Source of the DNA: Candidatus Saccharimonadota bacterium
Lineage (GTDB): Bacteria; Bacteroidota; Bacteroidia; Flavobacteriales; Blattabacteriaceae
NCBI GenBank assembly: GCA_029851245.1
Contig: CP099826.1
Location: 57,688-89,687, forward strand
Length of the DNA stretch: 32,000 nucleotides
Direction of reading: 5' to 3'
Below the pieces are notes generated by a model. That model did not search any database. It had not been told where the DNA came from and saw only the letters and a list, made by a program, of their open reading frames with translations. Of the stretch, positions 18,431-28,470 are shown piece by piece (positions within the stretch are counted from its first letter, which is position 1; each line of letters opens with the position of its first letter). A program made the translations under genes and the position numbers.

Positions 18431-18504
18431 AATATAAATTATTTAAAAAATTAATAAAAAATATAGTATAATATATATTAATAAAAATAAGAATTGTAAA
18501 AAAA

Positions 18505-18672
18505 ATGTATAATTTTTTAAATTATAAAATAAAAAATAGTTTTTTTGAATTAAATATTACAGTATTAGTAGAAAAATTATTAGAAAATTTAAGAAATTTT
18601 ATAAAATTTAAAGAAGAATTAAGTTTTATGAAATTTATTAGATTAAGTATAAAATTTTTTTATTATTTATAA
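18505..18672 (+). CDS. hypothetical 55-aa ORF (below the ORF-track cutoff)
   Basis: Hand translation gives MYNFLNYKIKNSFFELNITVLVEKLLENLRNFIKFKEELSFMKFIRLSIKFFYYL*. Its composition is less K/N-biased than the surrounding spacer, but I recognise no family. Confidence 0.15.
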   Translation: MYNFLNYKIKNSFFELNITVLVEKLLENLRNFIKFKEELSFMKFIRLSIKFFYYL

Positions 18673-18706
18673 TAAATAATAAAAAAGTAAAAAAAATATA
18701 AAAATT

Positions 18707-18921
<215 letters not shown>

Positions 18922-18925
<4 letters not shown>

Positions 18926-20391
18926 AAAAATATATTTTAATAAATAATAAAAGTAAAGAAATATTAATAGCAATATTAGAAAATAATAGATTAGTAGAGT
19001 TTTATAAAAATAATAAAAATAATATAAAAAAAATTTTAGTAGGTGATATATTTATAGGTAAAGTATGTTTATATTCTAAAGGGATGAATGCATATTTTAT
19101 AGATATAGGATATATAAAATATGGATTTTTAGAATATAAAGAATATTATTATAATAATAAATTAATATTTAAAAAAAAAAAAAAATTAGAAATAGGAGAA
19201 AAAATATTAGTACAAATATTAAAAGAACCAATTAATAATAAAGGGCCTAAATTAACAAGTAAAATATCATTAATTAGTAAATATTTAATATTATTACCAT
19301 ATTATAAAAAAAAAATATTAATTTCAAAAAAAATAAAAAATAAAAAAGAAATTAATAGATTAAAAAAAATATTAATAAATAATATAAATAATAATTTAAT
19401 AATTATAAGAACATTATGTAAAAATGTCAAAAATAATATTATAGAAAATGATATAGAAAATTTAAAAAAAAAATGGAGTATAATAATTAATAATATAGAA
19501 AATAAAATTAAAAAAATATATTCAGAAAAAAAATTTATTTATACTTTTTTAAGAGATAATATAAATAATAAATATGAAAAAATAATTTGTAATAATAAAA
19601 AAATATATAAAAAGGTATTAGAATATTTATATAATTTTAAATTATATATTAAAATAAAATATTATAATAATAATAATATAGATATATTTGATAAATATAG
19701 TGTTAATATACAAATAAAAACATTATTAGGCAAAAAAGTCTCTTTAAGAGATGGCTCTTATTTAATAATTGAAAAGACTGAAGCGTTATATGTAATAGAT
19801 ATTAATAGTAATATGTTAAATAATATAAACTATAAAAATTCAGCATTTAAAGTAAATATAATAGCTATTAAAGAAATAGTAAGACAAATAAGATTAAGAA
19901 ATATGGGAGGTATAATAATAATAGATTGTATAGATATGAAAAATAAAAAATATAAAATAAAAATATATAAATATATTAAAAAAAAAATGAAGATAGATAA
20001 ATATAAACATAAAATATTACCTTTAAGTAAATTTAATATTATACAAATAACTAGACATAAATTAAGAGAAGTAGAATCTATTAATAATAATGAAAAATTA
20101 GAAATAAAAAGTAAAATAAATAAAAAATATGATTCTTTATTTTATCATATTAAAAAGATTGAAAATTTTTTAAATTTTTATTATTTATTAAAAAAAAAAA
20201 AGAAAAATATTATTATATATGTAAATGTAATATTAGCGGCATATTTAAAATATGGATTTTTTTCATTTAGAATAAAATGGTTTTTAAAATATAAAAAATG
20301 GATAAATATAATATCTAAAATAAATTATAAAATATTAGAATATAAAATAATAGAAAATAATAAAAAAATTTTATTATTATTTAAATATTAA
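18922..20391 (+). CDS. rng: ribonuclease E/G family protein (RNase G-like)
   Basis: 489 aa. N-terminal S1 domain (VGDIFIGKV...GMNAYFIDIG...GFL) and catalytic-core motifs EKTEALYVIDINS and NMGGIIIIDCIDM. Confidence 0.85.
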
Positions 20392-20410
20392 ATAATTAAT
20401 ATTTAAAGTA

Positions 20411-20503
20411 GCGGATATGGTGAAATTGGTAAACACGCTAGATTTAGGATCTAGTTTACTTATAAATTAATAAGTAATAAGGGTTCAAATCCCTTTATCC
20501 GCA
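20411..20503 (+). tRNA. trnL: tRNA-Leu (anticodon UAG), class II with a long variable arm
   Basis: GCGGATA/TATCCGC acceptor stem, CTAGA-TTTAGGA-TCTAG anticodon arm (TAG), AAGGG-TTCAAAT-CCCTT T-arm and a ~24-nt variable region that forms an 8-bp stem. Confidence 0.85.
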
Positions 20504-20589
20504 ATAAATAAAATAATAAAATATAAGTGAATTAATATAATGTAAATTATACATTATATAATAATTAAAAATATTATTTAAAAAAATAA

Positions 20590-22002
20590 ATGAATTTAAT
20601 AAATTATTATTTAATAAAAAATGAAACTATAACAGCAATTTCAACACCTTTAGGTGTAGGTTCAATATCAATAATAAGAATATCAGGTAATAAATGTAAA
20701 TCAATAATAAAAAATATATTTAAGAGGAATAATAATAAAATTGTAAAATATAATAAAGTAAATATTGGAAATATATATGAAAATAAAGAAATTATTGATC
20801 AAGTAGTATTATTATTTTATAAAAAACCTAAATCATATACTGGAGAAGATTTAGTAGAAATTAATTGTCATGGGTCTATATATATACAAAAAAGAATAAT
20901 AAATTTAATAATTAAAAATGGAGCAAGGGTAGCTAAAAATGGAGAATTTACATATAGAGCATTTTTAAATAAAAAGATAAATTTATTACAAGCAGAGTCA
21001 ATATTAGAATTAATAAAATCTGAGAATAAAATAGAACATAAAATTGCAATAAATAATTTATTAAAAACAAAATTATCAAAAATAATTAAAATAATAGAAA
21101 ATAAAATATTAAATATTATTAGTAATATTGAAATAATATTAGATTTTTCAGAAACTGAAAATATTAATATAAATAATAAATTAATTTATAAAGATATATT
21201 ATATATAGAAAAAAAAATATATAAAATATTAATAAATTATAAAAATATTATATTTTTTAAAAAAGGATATTATATCTCTATTATAGGAACAGTAAATACG
21301 GGAAAATCTACATTAATGAATATATTAATAAATGAAAATAAATCTATTGTTTCTAAAATAGCAGGTACTACTAGAGATGTAGTAGAAGGTAATTTAAAAA
21401 TAAAAGATTTTAATTTTTATTTATTTGATACAGCTGGTATAAGAAAAACAAAATCATATATAGAAAAAATAGGAATAAAAAAAACGTTTAATAGTATTAA
21501 AAATTCTGATATTATATTTTATATAATAGATATTAGTAAAATAAAAATTATAAATATAATAAATAAAATTAATAAAATAAAAAAAAAATATAAAAAAAAT
21601 AATAAAGAAATATTATTTATATTTAATAAAATAGATAAATTAAAAAAAAAAGAAATTAAAAAATATAATAAATTATTAAATATAAAGATTAAAAAAATAT
21701 TTATATCAGCAAAAAAAAATATTGGAATAAATAAAATTAAAAATTATTTATATAAAAAAATAAAAAGAAAATTAAATAATAAAGAAATATATATTAATAA
21801 TGTAAGACATTATGAAGAATTTAAAAAATTATTTAAAAAAATAATAATTATAAAAAATAAAATTATTAATAAATTACCATTAGAATTATTATCTATAGAA
21901 ATAAAATATTTATTAAATATATTATATAATATTAATGGTTATATAATAAATAATGAAAATATATTAAATAATATATTTTCAAAATTTTGTATAGGTAAAT
22001 AA
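20590..22002 (+). CDS. mnmE: tRNA modification GTPase MnmE (TrmE)
   Basis: 470 aa. ETITAISTPLGVGSISIIRISG at the N-terminus, P-loop GTVNTGKSTLMN, DTAGIR and the diagnostic C-terminal FCIGK. Confidence 0.93.
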   Translation: MNLINYYLIKNETITAISTPLGVGSISIIRISGNKCKSIIKNIFKRNNNKIVKYNKVNIGNIYENKEIIDQVVLLFYKKPKSYTGEDLVEINCHGSIYIQKRIINLIIKNGARVAKNGEFTYRAFLNKKINLLQAESILELIKSENKIEHKIAINNLLKTKLSKIIKIIENKILNIISNIEIILDFSETENININNKLIYKDILYIEKKIYKILINYKNIIFFKKGYYISIIGTVNTGKSTLMNILINENKSIVSKIAGTTRDVVEGNLKIKDFNFYLFDTAGIRKTKSYIEKIGIKKTFNSIKNSDIIFYIIDISKIKIINIINKINKIKKKYKKNNKEILFIFNKIDKLKKKEIKKYNKLLNIKIKKIFISAKKNIGINKIKNYLYKKIKRKLNNKEIYINNVRHYEEFKKLFKKIIIIKNKIINKLPLELLSIEIKYLLNILYNINGYIINNENILNNIFSKFCIGK

Positions 22003-22009
22003 AATAAAA

Positions 22010-23578
22010 TTAAGATTTTAAAATAATATTTATAAAATTTTTAATTCTATTATATATAATTTTTTTATTATTATTTAAAATATATAAAATTTTATATAAA
22101 TTTATACCAGTTAATTTTCCAACAATAATAATACGGATAATTTTAATATAATTAATATTATTTATTTTAATATTATTAATTAATTTATTTAATTTATTAT
22201 TATTAATTTTATATTTAAAAAATTTATTAAATTTTGATAAAAATAATAATATATTTTTTTTATTAGAATTAATATATTTTTTTAAATATGAATTAATATT
22301 ATAATTAATAGGATTAATAAAAAAATAATAAACATTATTCCAAATATCATTAATATTAATTAATGAAATTCTATTAATAGTATATAATATAATTTTATTA
22401 ATAATTATATTTTTATTATATATATTAATAATATTATTTTTAATTAAAAATTTTTTTAAAATTTTATAAATTTTATATTTTATTTTATTTTTATTTATAA
22501 AAATATGTTTTTTATTAATCCAACACATTTTATAATAATTAATTTTAATATCAGATTTATTAATATTATTAATATTAAAATTTTTAATTATATTTTTAAA
22601 ATTTAATATTTCAATATTGTTATCTGGTGTCCATCCTAATAAAGCAATAATATTAATTAATGCTTCTGGAATAAAACCTATTTTTTTAAAACTATTTTTT
22701 ATATTGAAAAATTTAGAATTAATAGGAAAAATTGGAATATAATTATTTTTTATAATATTATTATTGTAATTTCTTTTGCTAATTTTTGTATTATCATTAT
22801 TTAATAATAAAGGTAAATGTATAAAATTAGGAATTTTCCAATTGAAATATTTATATAAAATAATATGTAATGGAGTAGAAGAAAGCCATTCTTTTCCTCT
22901 AATAATATGAGTAATTTTCATAATATAATCGTCAATAACATTTGTAAAATGATAAGTTGGAATATTATTAGATCTAAATAATATTTTATCATCAATTTTA
23001 TTAGTATTAATTATAATTTTACCATAAGTTTTATCATAAAAATATATATTTTTATTAATAGGAGTTTTTAATCTAATTACATAATTTTTAGATTTTATAT
23101 ATTTTTTAATAATATTAGAATTTAAATTTTTATTTAAACTATTATTTAAAGAATTTCTAGTAATATTATTATAAATAAAATTTTTATATTTTTTATTATA
23201 ATTAATTAAATCTTGTTTTTTTTCAAATGAAAAGTATACTAATTTTTTTTTAATTAAAATATTTAAATATTTTTTATATATATTTAATCTTTTAGATTGT
23301 ATATAAGGTTCATATTTATTATTTTTTTTAATTTTATTATTGTAACCTTCATTATATTTAATTTTACACCATTTAAATGATTTTAAAATATATTTAATTG
23401 AAGATTTAATATTTCTTTTAGAATCAGTATCATCTATTCTTAATATAAAATATTTTTTATAATTTTTTTTTTTTTTAGCAAAAAATAAAAAATTATATAA
23501 AGCTGTTCTTAATCCACCAATATGTAATGGTCCAGTAGGACTTGGAGCAAATCTTACTCTAATAATATTTTTATTCAT
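22010..23578 (-). CDS. gltX: glutamyl-tRNA synthetase
   Basis: 522 aa. VRFAPSPTGPLHIGGLRTALYN (HIGH region), THIIRGKEWLSSTP and KISKR (KMSKS-type). Confidence 0.93.
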   Translation of the reverse strand: MNKNIIRVRFAPSPTGPLHIGGLRTALYNFLFFAKKKKNYKKYFILRIDDTDSKRNIKSSIKYILKSFKWCKIKYNEGYNNKIKKNNKYEPYIQSKRLNIYKKYLNILIKKKLVYFSFEKKQDLINYNKKYKNFIYNNITRNSLNNSLNKNLNSNIIKKYIKSKNYVIRLKTPINKNIYFYDKTYGKIIINTNKIDDKILFRSNNIPTYHFTNVIDDYIMKITHIIRGKEWLSSTPLHIILYKYFNWKIPNFIHLPLLLNNDNTKISKRNYNNNIIKNNYIPIFPINSKFFNIKNSFKKIGFIPEALINIIALLGWTPDNNIEILNFKNIIKNFNINNINKSDIKINYYKMCWINKKHIFINKNKIKYKIYKILKKFLIKNNIINIYNKNIIINKIILYTINRISLININDIWNNVYYFFINPINYNINSYLKKYINSNKKNILLFLSKFNKFFKYKINNNKLNKLINNIKINNINYIKIIRIIIVGKLTGINLYKILYILNNNKKIIYNRIKNFINIILKS

Positions 23579-23676
23579 TTTTAAAAATTTATTATTAAAT
23601 ATAAATTATAAAAATATTTTAAATAAAAAAAAAATATATATTATATATAATATAATAATAAATTAAATTATTATAT

Positions 23677-23747
23677 GGCACTATGGCCGAGTGGTTAGGC
23701 AAAGGTCTGCAAAACCTTTTACAGTAGTTCAAATCTACTTAGTGCCT
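23677..23747 (+). tRNA. trnC: tRNA-Cys (anticodon GCA)
   Basis: GGCACTA/TAGTGCC acceptor stem, AAGGT-CTGCAAA-ACCTT anticodon arm (GCA), AGTAG-TTCAAAT-CTACT T-arm. 71 nt. Confidence 0.8.
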
Positions 23748-24406
23748 TTATTAAGATTATTTTTTTTTATAATAATTTGTTTTTTTCTCCAATTTTTGAT
23801 TTTTTGGTGATTTCCTGATAATAAAATTTTAGGAACTTTAAGATTATTAAAATTATTAGGTCTAGTATATAATGGATATTCATAATAATTATTATTTTTA
23901 TAAAAGGAATCAGTAATAATTGAATTTTTATTATTAATTACCCCTGGTAATAATCTAATAATAGAATCAATTACAATAAGTGTAGCAATTTCTCCATTAG
24001 AAATTATATATTTACCTATAGAATATTCTTTAGTAATAATATAATTTCTAATTCTTTGATCAATTCCTTTAAAATGGCCACAAATAAATAATATTTTATT
24101 TAATTTTGATAATTTAATAGCTGTTTTTTGAGAAAATAATTTAGCATCTGGTGTTAAAAATATTATTTCATTATATTTTTTTTTAATTTTTTTAATACAA
24201 TTATAAATTGGTTCTATTTTTAATAACATACCATTTCCACCACCATATGGATAATCATCAATTTTATAATTTTTTCCTATTCCATAATTTTTTAAATAAT
24301 ATATATTAAATTTAATAATTTTTTTTTTAATTGATTTTTTAATTATAGGATATGATAAAAAATTTTTCCAAAAATTAGGAAATAATGAAATAATATCTAT
24401 AATCAT
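23735..24406 (-). CDS. trmD: tRNA (guanine37-N1)-methyltransferase
   Basis: 223 aa with IDIISLFPNFW, DDYPYGGGNGMLLKIEPI, ICGHFKGIDQRI, ISNGEIATLIVIDSIIRLLPGV and LLSGNHQKIKNWR. The last ~13 nt (including the TAG stop) lie antisense to the tRNA-Cys 3' end. Confidence 0.9.
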   Translation of the reverse strand: MIIDIISLFPNFWKNFLSYPIIKKSIKKKIIKFNIYYLKNYGIGKNYKIDDYPYGGGNGMLLKIEPIYNCIKKIKKKYNEIIFLTPDAKLFSQKTAIKLSKLNKILFICGHFKGIDQRIRNYIITKEYSIGKYIISNGEIATLIVIDSIIRLLPGVINNKNSIITDSFYKNNNYYEYPLYTRPNNFNNLKVPKILLSGNHQKIKNWRKKQIIIKKNNLNKGTK

Positions 24407-24453
24407 TATTATATAATAAAATAATATTTATTAATTTTAAATTAAATTTAAAA

Positions 24454-24526
<73 letters not shown>

Positions 24527-24600
24527 ATTATTATTGTATATTTATAATATATATATAATTTAATATAAAAAAAAGTAAAGTTAATTAATTATTATTATAA

Positions 24601-25419
24601 TTAAATAATATATATGTCTATTATATAACCTATATGATTTCTAATATTAAAAACTATATTATTATTGAAAATTAAATATTGGCCTTTAATACCTTTTAAA
24701 GTATTATATAATATTTTAATTTTATCAATTTTAATATTAATTATTTTATTTTTATAATATTTAATAATTGGAAAATATAAATTAAAAATTTTATTATTAT
24801 ATAATATATATTTTTTATATTTTTTATAATTATTAATAATATAATAAATAATATTATTTTTTATATTAATTAATTGGTTAATTAAATCATTATTATAATT
24901 ATTATTAATTAACATTTTTCTAAAATTTGTAGTATCTGAAATTAAATTTTTACATTTATTTTCAATAATACCAGCAATTATTCTATTAGGAGTTTTTGCT
25001 AATTTTAAGAAAAATATAGCTCCTTGATCAATTAATCTAATTAATATTTTTTTTTTTAAAGTAATTCCTATTTTAAAATTACTAGTATATGATAAATAAA
25101 TAATATGTTTTTTAAAAAATATTTTTTTAATATTTTTATTATTAATAATAGAATTTTTATATAAATGTGGTTTATAATAATAAATATTATAATAATTTTT
25201 ATTATTAAAATAACATTTTTTACAATATCCATTATTAAATATTTTAATATTATTTTTACAAAGTAAACAATAATATTTTTTAAATATAATAATAAATTTT
25301 TTATTTAAGTATTTATTAAGTAATAATAATTTTTTTTTGTAATTAATAAAATATAAAATTGGAATATTATATTTAGTAATTAATTTATTTTTAATTATAT
25401 AATTTTTTAATATTATCAT
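24601..25419 (-). CDS. conserved protein of unknown function, DUF2797-like (Cys-rich N-terminal knuckle)
   Basis: 272 aa. CLLC-x10-GYCKKC motif, then HIIYLSYTSNFKIGIT...IRLIDQGAIFFLKLAKTPNRIIAGIIE. This matches my recollection of DUF2797 (CxxC...CxxC, then ...KVGITR...RWIDQGA...R..AG.IE). The family assignment is from memory only. Confidence 0.5.
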   Translation of the reverse strand: MIILKNYIIKNKLITKYNIPILYFINYKKKLLLLNKYLNKKFIIIFKKYYCLLCKNNIKIFNNGYCKKCYFNNKNYYNIYYYKPHLYKNSIINNKNIKKIFFKKHIIYLSYTSNFKIGITLKKKILIRLIDQGAIFFLKLAKTPNRIIAGIIENKCKNLISDTTNFRKMLINNNYNNDLINQLINIKNNIIYYIINNYKKYKKYILYNNKIFNLYFPIIKYYKNKIINIKIDKIKILYNTLKGIKGQYLIFNNNIVFNIRNHIGYIIDIYII

Positions 25420-25486
25420 TAATAATAATTTAAATATATTATATAATTTATAAATAAGTATTTAAATTAAAAAATTATATACTATA

Positions 25487-25559
25487 CTCCTCAAGCTGGA
25501 TTCGAACCAGCTACCTTCTGATTAACAGTCAGATGCTCTACCAAATGAGCTATTGAGGA
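25487..25559 (-). tRNA. trnN: tRNA-Asn (anticodon GUU)
   Basis: In the reverse complement: TCCTCAA/TTGAGGA acceptor stem, GCTC/GAGC D-stem, TCTGA-CTGTTAA-TCAGA anticodon arm (GTT), GCTGG-TTCGAAT-CCAGC T-arm. 73 nt. Confidence 0.85.
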
Positions 25560-25626
25560 AAATTTAATTATTATAATAATATTATAAAATAATATAATAT
25601 ATAATATTAATAAATATTAATAATTA

Positions 25627-27162
25627 TTAATATAAATTATTTTTATTATTAAATAATATAATTTTTTTAAAATAATATATTTTATTAATATATTTGTAAA
25701 AATAAAAGAATCCTATTCTATGAAATTGATATATTTTATTAATTTTAATATTTTCTATAATTATATTAGAATATGCATTTAATATTTTAATTTTTTTATT
25801 ATATATTTTATTATTATTAATGAATATATAATCATATAAAATAATTTTTATTTTTAAATAATATTTATTAGAAATCCATTGTATAGTAGATTTAATATTA
25901 TTTTTATTAATTTTATTATTATTATATATACTACAATAAATATTATAATTGTTATTATTTTTAGTAATATTATCAATTTTAATGATATAAGAATATTTTA
26001 ATCTTACATAATTATTTATGCATAATCTATAAAAATTATTATAATTTTTAATTTTAAAATCTTTTTTTTCTATATAAATATATTTTGTAAAAGGTATAAT
26101 TTTATTATATTCTTTTAAATAAATCCATTTAATATAATTATTTTTAAAATTTTTAATAATTATTTTAAAAGGTTTAATAATAACCATTAATTTAATAGAT
26201 TTTTTAATTAAATTATTTTTAATAATATTATTTAATAAATTAATATTAATATTATTATTTCTTTTAGAATAACCAATAACTTTAATAAAATCAATTAAAT
26301 ATTTATTAGAATATCCTTTTTTAATAAAAGAATTAATAGTTAATAATCTAGGATCACATAAATTATTAATTATTTTTTTTTTAATTAAAATATTAATTTT
26401 TCTTTTACTAGTAATTGTATTATTAATATTAAGTCTTGAAAATTCTATTTGTTTAGGTAAAATTTTATTAAAATTTTTATTATAAATATTATTTAAATAC
26501 CAATTATATATATTTTTATGAATAATAAATTCTGTAGAACATAGTGAGTGTGTAATATTTTCTATATAATCAGATTGTCCATGTGACCAATCATAGGTAG
26601 GGAAAATATTCCAATTATATTTTGTTCTAAAATGTTTATAATTTATTATTCTATACATTATTGGATTATTAATATAATAATTATTAGTATTAATATTATT
26701 AATTTTAGCTTTTAAAATATAGTTTTTATTATATTTACCATATTTCATATTATGAAATATGTGTAAATTATGTTCTATATTATTAATATTATATAATTTA
26801 TTATTTTTAAAAATTTGAATATAAGCTTTTTTTTTAATTATTAATATTTTTGCTAATTTATATAAAATATTAAAATAATCAGAAACATATGTAATATTAT
26901 TATATTTAAAATTTAACCATTTTAAATTATTAATTATATTATTAATATATTTATATTTAATATTAATAGGATTAGTATCTTCAAACCTTAAATTTATTTT
27001 AGCATTATATTTTTTAGCTAAATAAAAATTAATATATAAAGCTTTAATATGTCCTAAATGTAATACCCCATTAGGTTCAGGTGGAAATCTAAATTTTATT
27101 TTTTTAATATCTAATCCATTATTAATATCATTATTAATAATATTTGTAATAAAATTATTCAT
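25627..27162 (-). CDS. glnS: glutaminyl-tRNA synthetase
   Basis: 511 aa. FRFPPEPNGVLHLGHIKALYINFYLAKKYNAKINLRFEDTNP matches the GlnRS N-terminus (TRFPPEPNGYLHIGHAKS...NLRFDDTNP). THSLCSTEF and ITSKRK (KMSKS-type) are also present. Confidence 0.9.
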   Translation of the reverse strand: MNNFITNIINNDINNGLDIKKIKFRFPPEPNGVLHLGHIKALYINFYLAKKYNAKINLRFEDTNPINIKYKYINNIINNLKWLNFKYNNITYVSDYFNILYKLAKILIIKKKAYIQIFKNNKLYNINNIEHNLHIFHNMKYGKYNKNYILKAKINNINTNNYYINNPIMYRIINYKHFRTKYNWNIFPTYDWSHGQSDYIENITHSLCSTEFIIHKNIYNWYLNNIYNKNFNKILPKQIEFSRLNINNTITSKRKINILIKKKIINNLCDPRLLTINSFIKKGYSNKYLIDFIKVIGYSKRNNNININLLNNIIKNNLIKKSIKLMVIIKPFKIIIKNFKNNYIKWIYLKEYNKIIPFTKYIYIEKKDFKIKNYNNFYRLCINNYVRLKYSYIIKIDNITKNNNNYNIYCSIYNNNKINKNNIKSTIQWISNKYYLKIKIILYDYIFINNNKIYNKKIKILNAYSNIIIENIKINKIYQFHRIGFFYFYKYINKIYYFKKIILFNNKNNLY

Positions 27163-28438
27163 ATTTAATAAATTTTATTAAATAATGTTGTTTTTTACCA
27201 ATTTTTATAAAAATATATTTTTTATTAATAAGGTTTTTAAAATTAGTAATTAAAAATTTATTATTAATTAATTTACCATTAATATAAATTAAACCATTAT
27301 TATAAATAAATTTTTTAAAATTAGTATTAGAATTAAATAATATATTTTTTTTAATTAAATAAAATATATTTATATTATTAATATTTTTATTATAATATAT
27401 AATATAATAATTTATATATTTTTTTAATAAATTAATATTTTTTTTAATATAATTAATTTTAAATTTTTTATAGAATAATAAATTAGTAATATATTTAATA
27501 TTTTTATATATTTTTTTATTATATATCCATTTAATAAGTAATTTAGTAATAATTTTTTGTAAAATTTTTTTATTAGTATTTTTAAAATGATATTTTATAA
27601 GATTTAATGTTTTTTTTTTTTTAAAAAATGAAAAATATTTAATATATTTTATACTATTATTATCAGATAGATTAATTAAAAATTGATATAAATTATAAAT
27701 ATTAGTTAATTTTTTATTTAACCATATATTATTATTAATATTACTTTTACTAAATTTTTTATTATTGTTGTTTAGTAATAATGGAAAAGTAAAACCATAT
27801 AAATTTTTATTTAATTTTTTTTTAATTAAATAAATACCAGTAATAATATTAGTCCATTGATCTGATCCTCCTATTTGTAAATTACAATTATATTTTTTAT
27901 TTAAATAATAATAATCATAACCTTGAAGTAATGAATATGTAAATTTTGAAAAATTAATATTAATATTATTTTTTAAATTATTTTTAATAATTTTTTTTTT
28001 TAACATAAAATTAATAGATATATAATTTGAAAAATTATTTAAGAATTTTAATAATTTTATATTTTTTATCCAATTATAATTATTTAAAAAATAAATAATA
28101 TTTTTTTTAATTTTTTTATATAATATTTTTTTAATTTGTAATTTTAATAATTTTATATAATTATTAATATATTTATTATAATTGTTATTATTATTAATAT
28201 CTCCAATAATAGCAGTAGATTTACCTATAATAATATATATTTTTTTAATAATTTTATATTTATATAATCTAATAATAATAGATAAAGGTATTAAATGACC
28301 AATATGTAAAGAATAAAAAGTAGGATCAAAACCTATATATAAAGTAATTTTTTTAGAGTTAAATAAAATATTTATATTTTTTGTATAATTATAAATTAAA
28401 TTTCTCCAAATTAATTCTTTTAAAATTTTATTTTTCAT
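27155..28438 (-). CDS. tyrS: tyrosyl-tRNA synthetase
   Basis: 427 aa. YIGFDPTFYSLHIGHLIPL (HIGH), LQGYDYYYL, QIGGSDQWTNI, KFSKS and a C-terminal S4-like region. It overlaps glnS by 8 nt. Confidence 0.9.
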   Translation of the reverse strand: MKNKILKELIWRNLIYNYTKNINILFNSKKITLYIGFDPTFYSLHIGHLIPLSIIIRLYKYKIIKKIYIIIGKSTAIIGDINNNNNYNKYINNYIKLLKLQIKKILYKKIKKNIIYFLNNYNWIKNIKLLKFLNNFSNYISINFMLKKKIIKNNLKNNININFSKFTYSLLQGYDYYYLNKKYNCNLQIGGSDQWTNIITGIYLIKKKLNKNLYGFTFPLLLNNNNKKFSKSNINNNIWLNKKLTNIYNLYQFLINLSDNNSIKYIKYFSFFKKKKTLNLIKYHFKNTNKKILQKIITKLLIKWIYNKKIYKNIKYITNLLFYKKFKINYIKKNINLLKKYINYYIIYYNKNINNINIFYLIKKNILFNSNTNFKKFIYNNGLIYINGKLINNKFLITNFKNLINKKYIFIKIGKKQHYLIKFIKYE

Positions 28439-28470
28439 ATTAATTATAAATAATAATATTATAATTATTA

